Below, one piece after another: positions 62,885-64,000 of a stretch of 64,000 nucleotides of DNA (its first letter is position 1; every line of letters starts with the position of its first letter). Location of the stretch: sequence record MN047793.1. The stretch is one strand, 5' to 3'. The translations under genes were made by a program, and so were the position numbers. The notes under the pieces are model-generated. The model ran no database searches and was not told where the DNA came from. It saw only the letters and a list, made by a program, of their open reading frames with translations.

Positions 62885-64000
62885 TTACCCGAAAGTCGGT
62901 GACCATGATTTGCCGCCATTACCTTGTAAGAAATTAACTTCTGCTGAAGTTAATGGTCTATTAAATGTGTATATTTCATCAACATCGCCAACGATGCGAC
63001 CATTTGATATTTCATTAAGAACTAAATTACTGTTTGTTCTTGGAGTAAAGTTTAACACTGCCGTTACCATTAGTGCGCCATTTGCATACAGTGATACATC
63101 CTCACCCGACACTGTAATCATGGTGGAAAACCATTGATTTATAGGAATGTCTAAAACTGATAAGGTGAAAGCTTCATTATTTGGGCCAACTATATTCCAG
63201 AATACAAAATTATTTGATCCATCATATCTTAGAGCCACGGTAGGGCCATTAGAAGTGTTACTGTACCCACCAAAAATTGTACCTGTTAGTGCAGTATCCT
63301 GAACTTTAACGAGTCCTCCAATACTAAAGCTGGTGGTATTTAATACGTTCGACTGAGGACCAGAATGTACGGCAGACGTTATTAACCGTTTACCACCTAA
63401 AGGACTGGCTTCATATGTATTGGAAAATCCGATAAGATCGCCTCTTCCTGAAATGTTATTGGCTACGTTATCGTTAAATGACCACCAATCTTCAGATGCT
63501 GCACGAATAGCATTAATCATCGGAGTAATAGTATCTGATGGAGTTACCGAAATTGTTGGCGTTACAGTTCTAGTAGGCGTACGGGTTACTGTTGGAGTAA
63601 TACTACTGGTTACTGTGATGGTAGGTGTCACGCTAGGCGTGATTGTTGCCGACACGGATGGCGTCAGGGTCGGGGTAGAGGTGACTGACGGAGTAGTTGT
63701 TGGGGTAACAGTTGCGGTAACAGTTATTGACGGAGTTAATGTGGCCGTAACCGTTGGTGTAGGGGTTATAGTAGCTGATGGGGTTATACTTGCTGTGATA
63801 CTTGGAGTAGGTGTTACCGTTGCTGTAGGGGTAACTGTCATCGTCGGAGTAGGTGAGGGAGTTATCTGTTTACCCAATAATACATTATATAAATCTGACG
63901 GAACTAATGATGGAGTCTGTACCACATTAGCGATGAACATCTGATATTCAGAAGACCATACTACAGAAGACAGGCGACGCGTCTTGTAAGTAGTAAATGA
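62885..64000 (-). CDS. C-terminal part of a tail fibre/appendage protein: mucin-like Thr/Pro linker plus LamG/ConA-like domain (5' end beyond window)
   Basis: Frame stays open from 64000; about 114-aa T/P/S/V repeat; then WWSFN, SFSIGG.V, W......SG..V.LY.NG, G..DE.Y.FNRPL...EV LamG pattern. Confidence 0.75.
   Translation of the reverse strand, partial: SFTTYKTRRLSSVVWSSEYQMFIANVVQTPSLVPSDLYNVLLGKQITPSPTPTMTVTPTATVTPTPSITASITPSATITPTPTVTATLTPSITVTATVTPTTTPSVTSTPTLTPSVSATITPSVTPTITVTSSITPTVTRTPTRTVTPTISVTPSDTITPMINAIRAASEDWWSFNDNVANNISGRGDLIGFSNTYEASPLGGKRLITSAVHSGPQSNVLNTTSFSIGGLVKVQDTALTGTIFGGYSNTSNGPTVALRYDGSNNFVFWNIVGPNNEAFTLSVLDIPINQWFSTMITVSGEDVSLYANGALMVTAVLNFTPRTNSNLVLNEISNGRIVGDVDEIYTFNRPLTSAEVNFLQGNGGKSWSPTFG
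63521..63864 (-). repeat. Mucin-like (xTP/TVT) repeat region
   Basis: ITPSPTPTMTVTPTATVTPTPSITASITPSATITPTPTVTATLTPSITVTATVTPTTTPSVTSTPT... Confidence 0.95.

Noticed and set aside
63420-63944. 174-aa plus-strand ORF rich in GV repeats
   Set aside because: Antisense shadow of the Thr/Pro repeat (ACN/CCN codons read as GT/GG); same for 30656-31105 on the minus strand
1-64000. Alternative genetic code (TAG or TGA reassigned)
   Set aside because: Very long ORFs (3272, 1118, 978 aa) are intact under code 11 and both TAA and TGA end genes at expected places
1-64000. CRISPR array, tRNA genes, IS elements, integrase
   Set aside because: No regularly spaced direct repeats, cloverleafs, terminal inverted repeats with transposase, or recombinase catalytic motifs seen

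Overview
64 kb segment of a T4-superfamily jumbo myophage genome (no host genes, tRNAs, rRNA or CRISPR seen). It holds: (i) the 5' end of a probable tape-measure gene, a gp55-like late sigma factor, a single-ORF Mre11-Rad50 (gp47-gp46) fusion, a free-standing GIY-YIG endonuclease, a DinG/XPD-type Fe-S helicase and a RuvC-like resolvase; (ii) a baseplate operon (tube initiator, gp53-like, hub, gp5-like spike with lytic transglycosylase, M23 protein, gp25, gp6, a 3272-aa wedge); (iii) a cluster of glycosyltransferases and a carbamoyltransferase; (iv) a replication module (RNase H, clamp, family B polymerase, DsbA-like); (v) gp4, three tail-tube paralogues, sheath, gp15-like terminator and a Thr/Pro mucin-like LamG protein; (vi) a sigma70-driven accessory block (NadE-like, YqeY, HD-Pth2). 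Best novelty candidates: a phage-encoded mucin-type O-glycosylation pathway (GT60 initiator, elongating GTs, carbamoyltransferase) with Thr/Pro-rich acceptors in its own tail proteins; a -1 frameshift (T TTT TTT) joining gp26-like and gp51-like chaperone ORFs; an MKK-amber minigene in frame with an HD-Pth2 gene; a ~400-nt structured intergenic element; and internal proteins with T4-like capsid-targeting sequences. All family calls are from motif recognition, not database searches.
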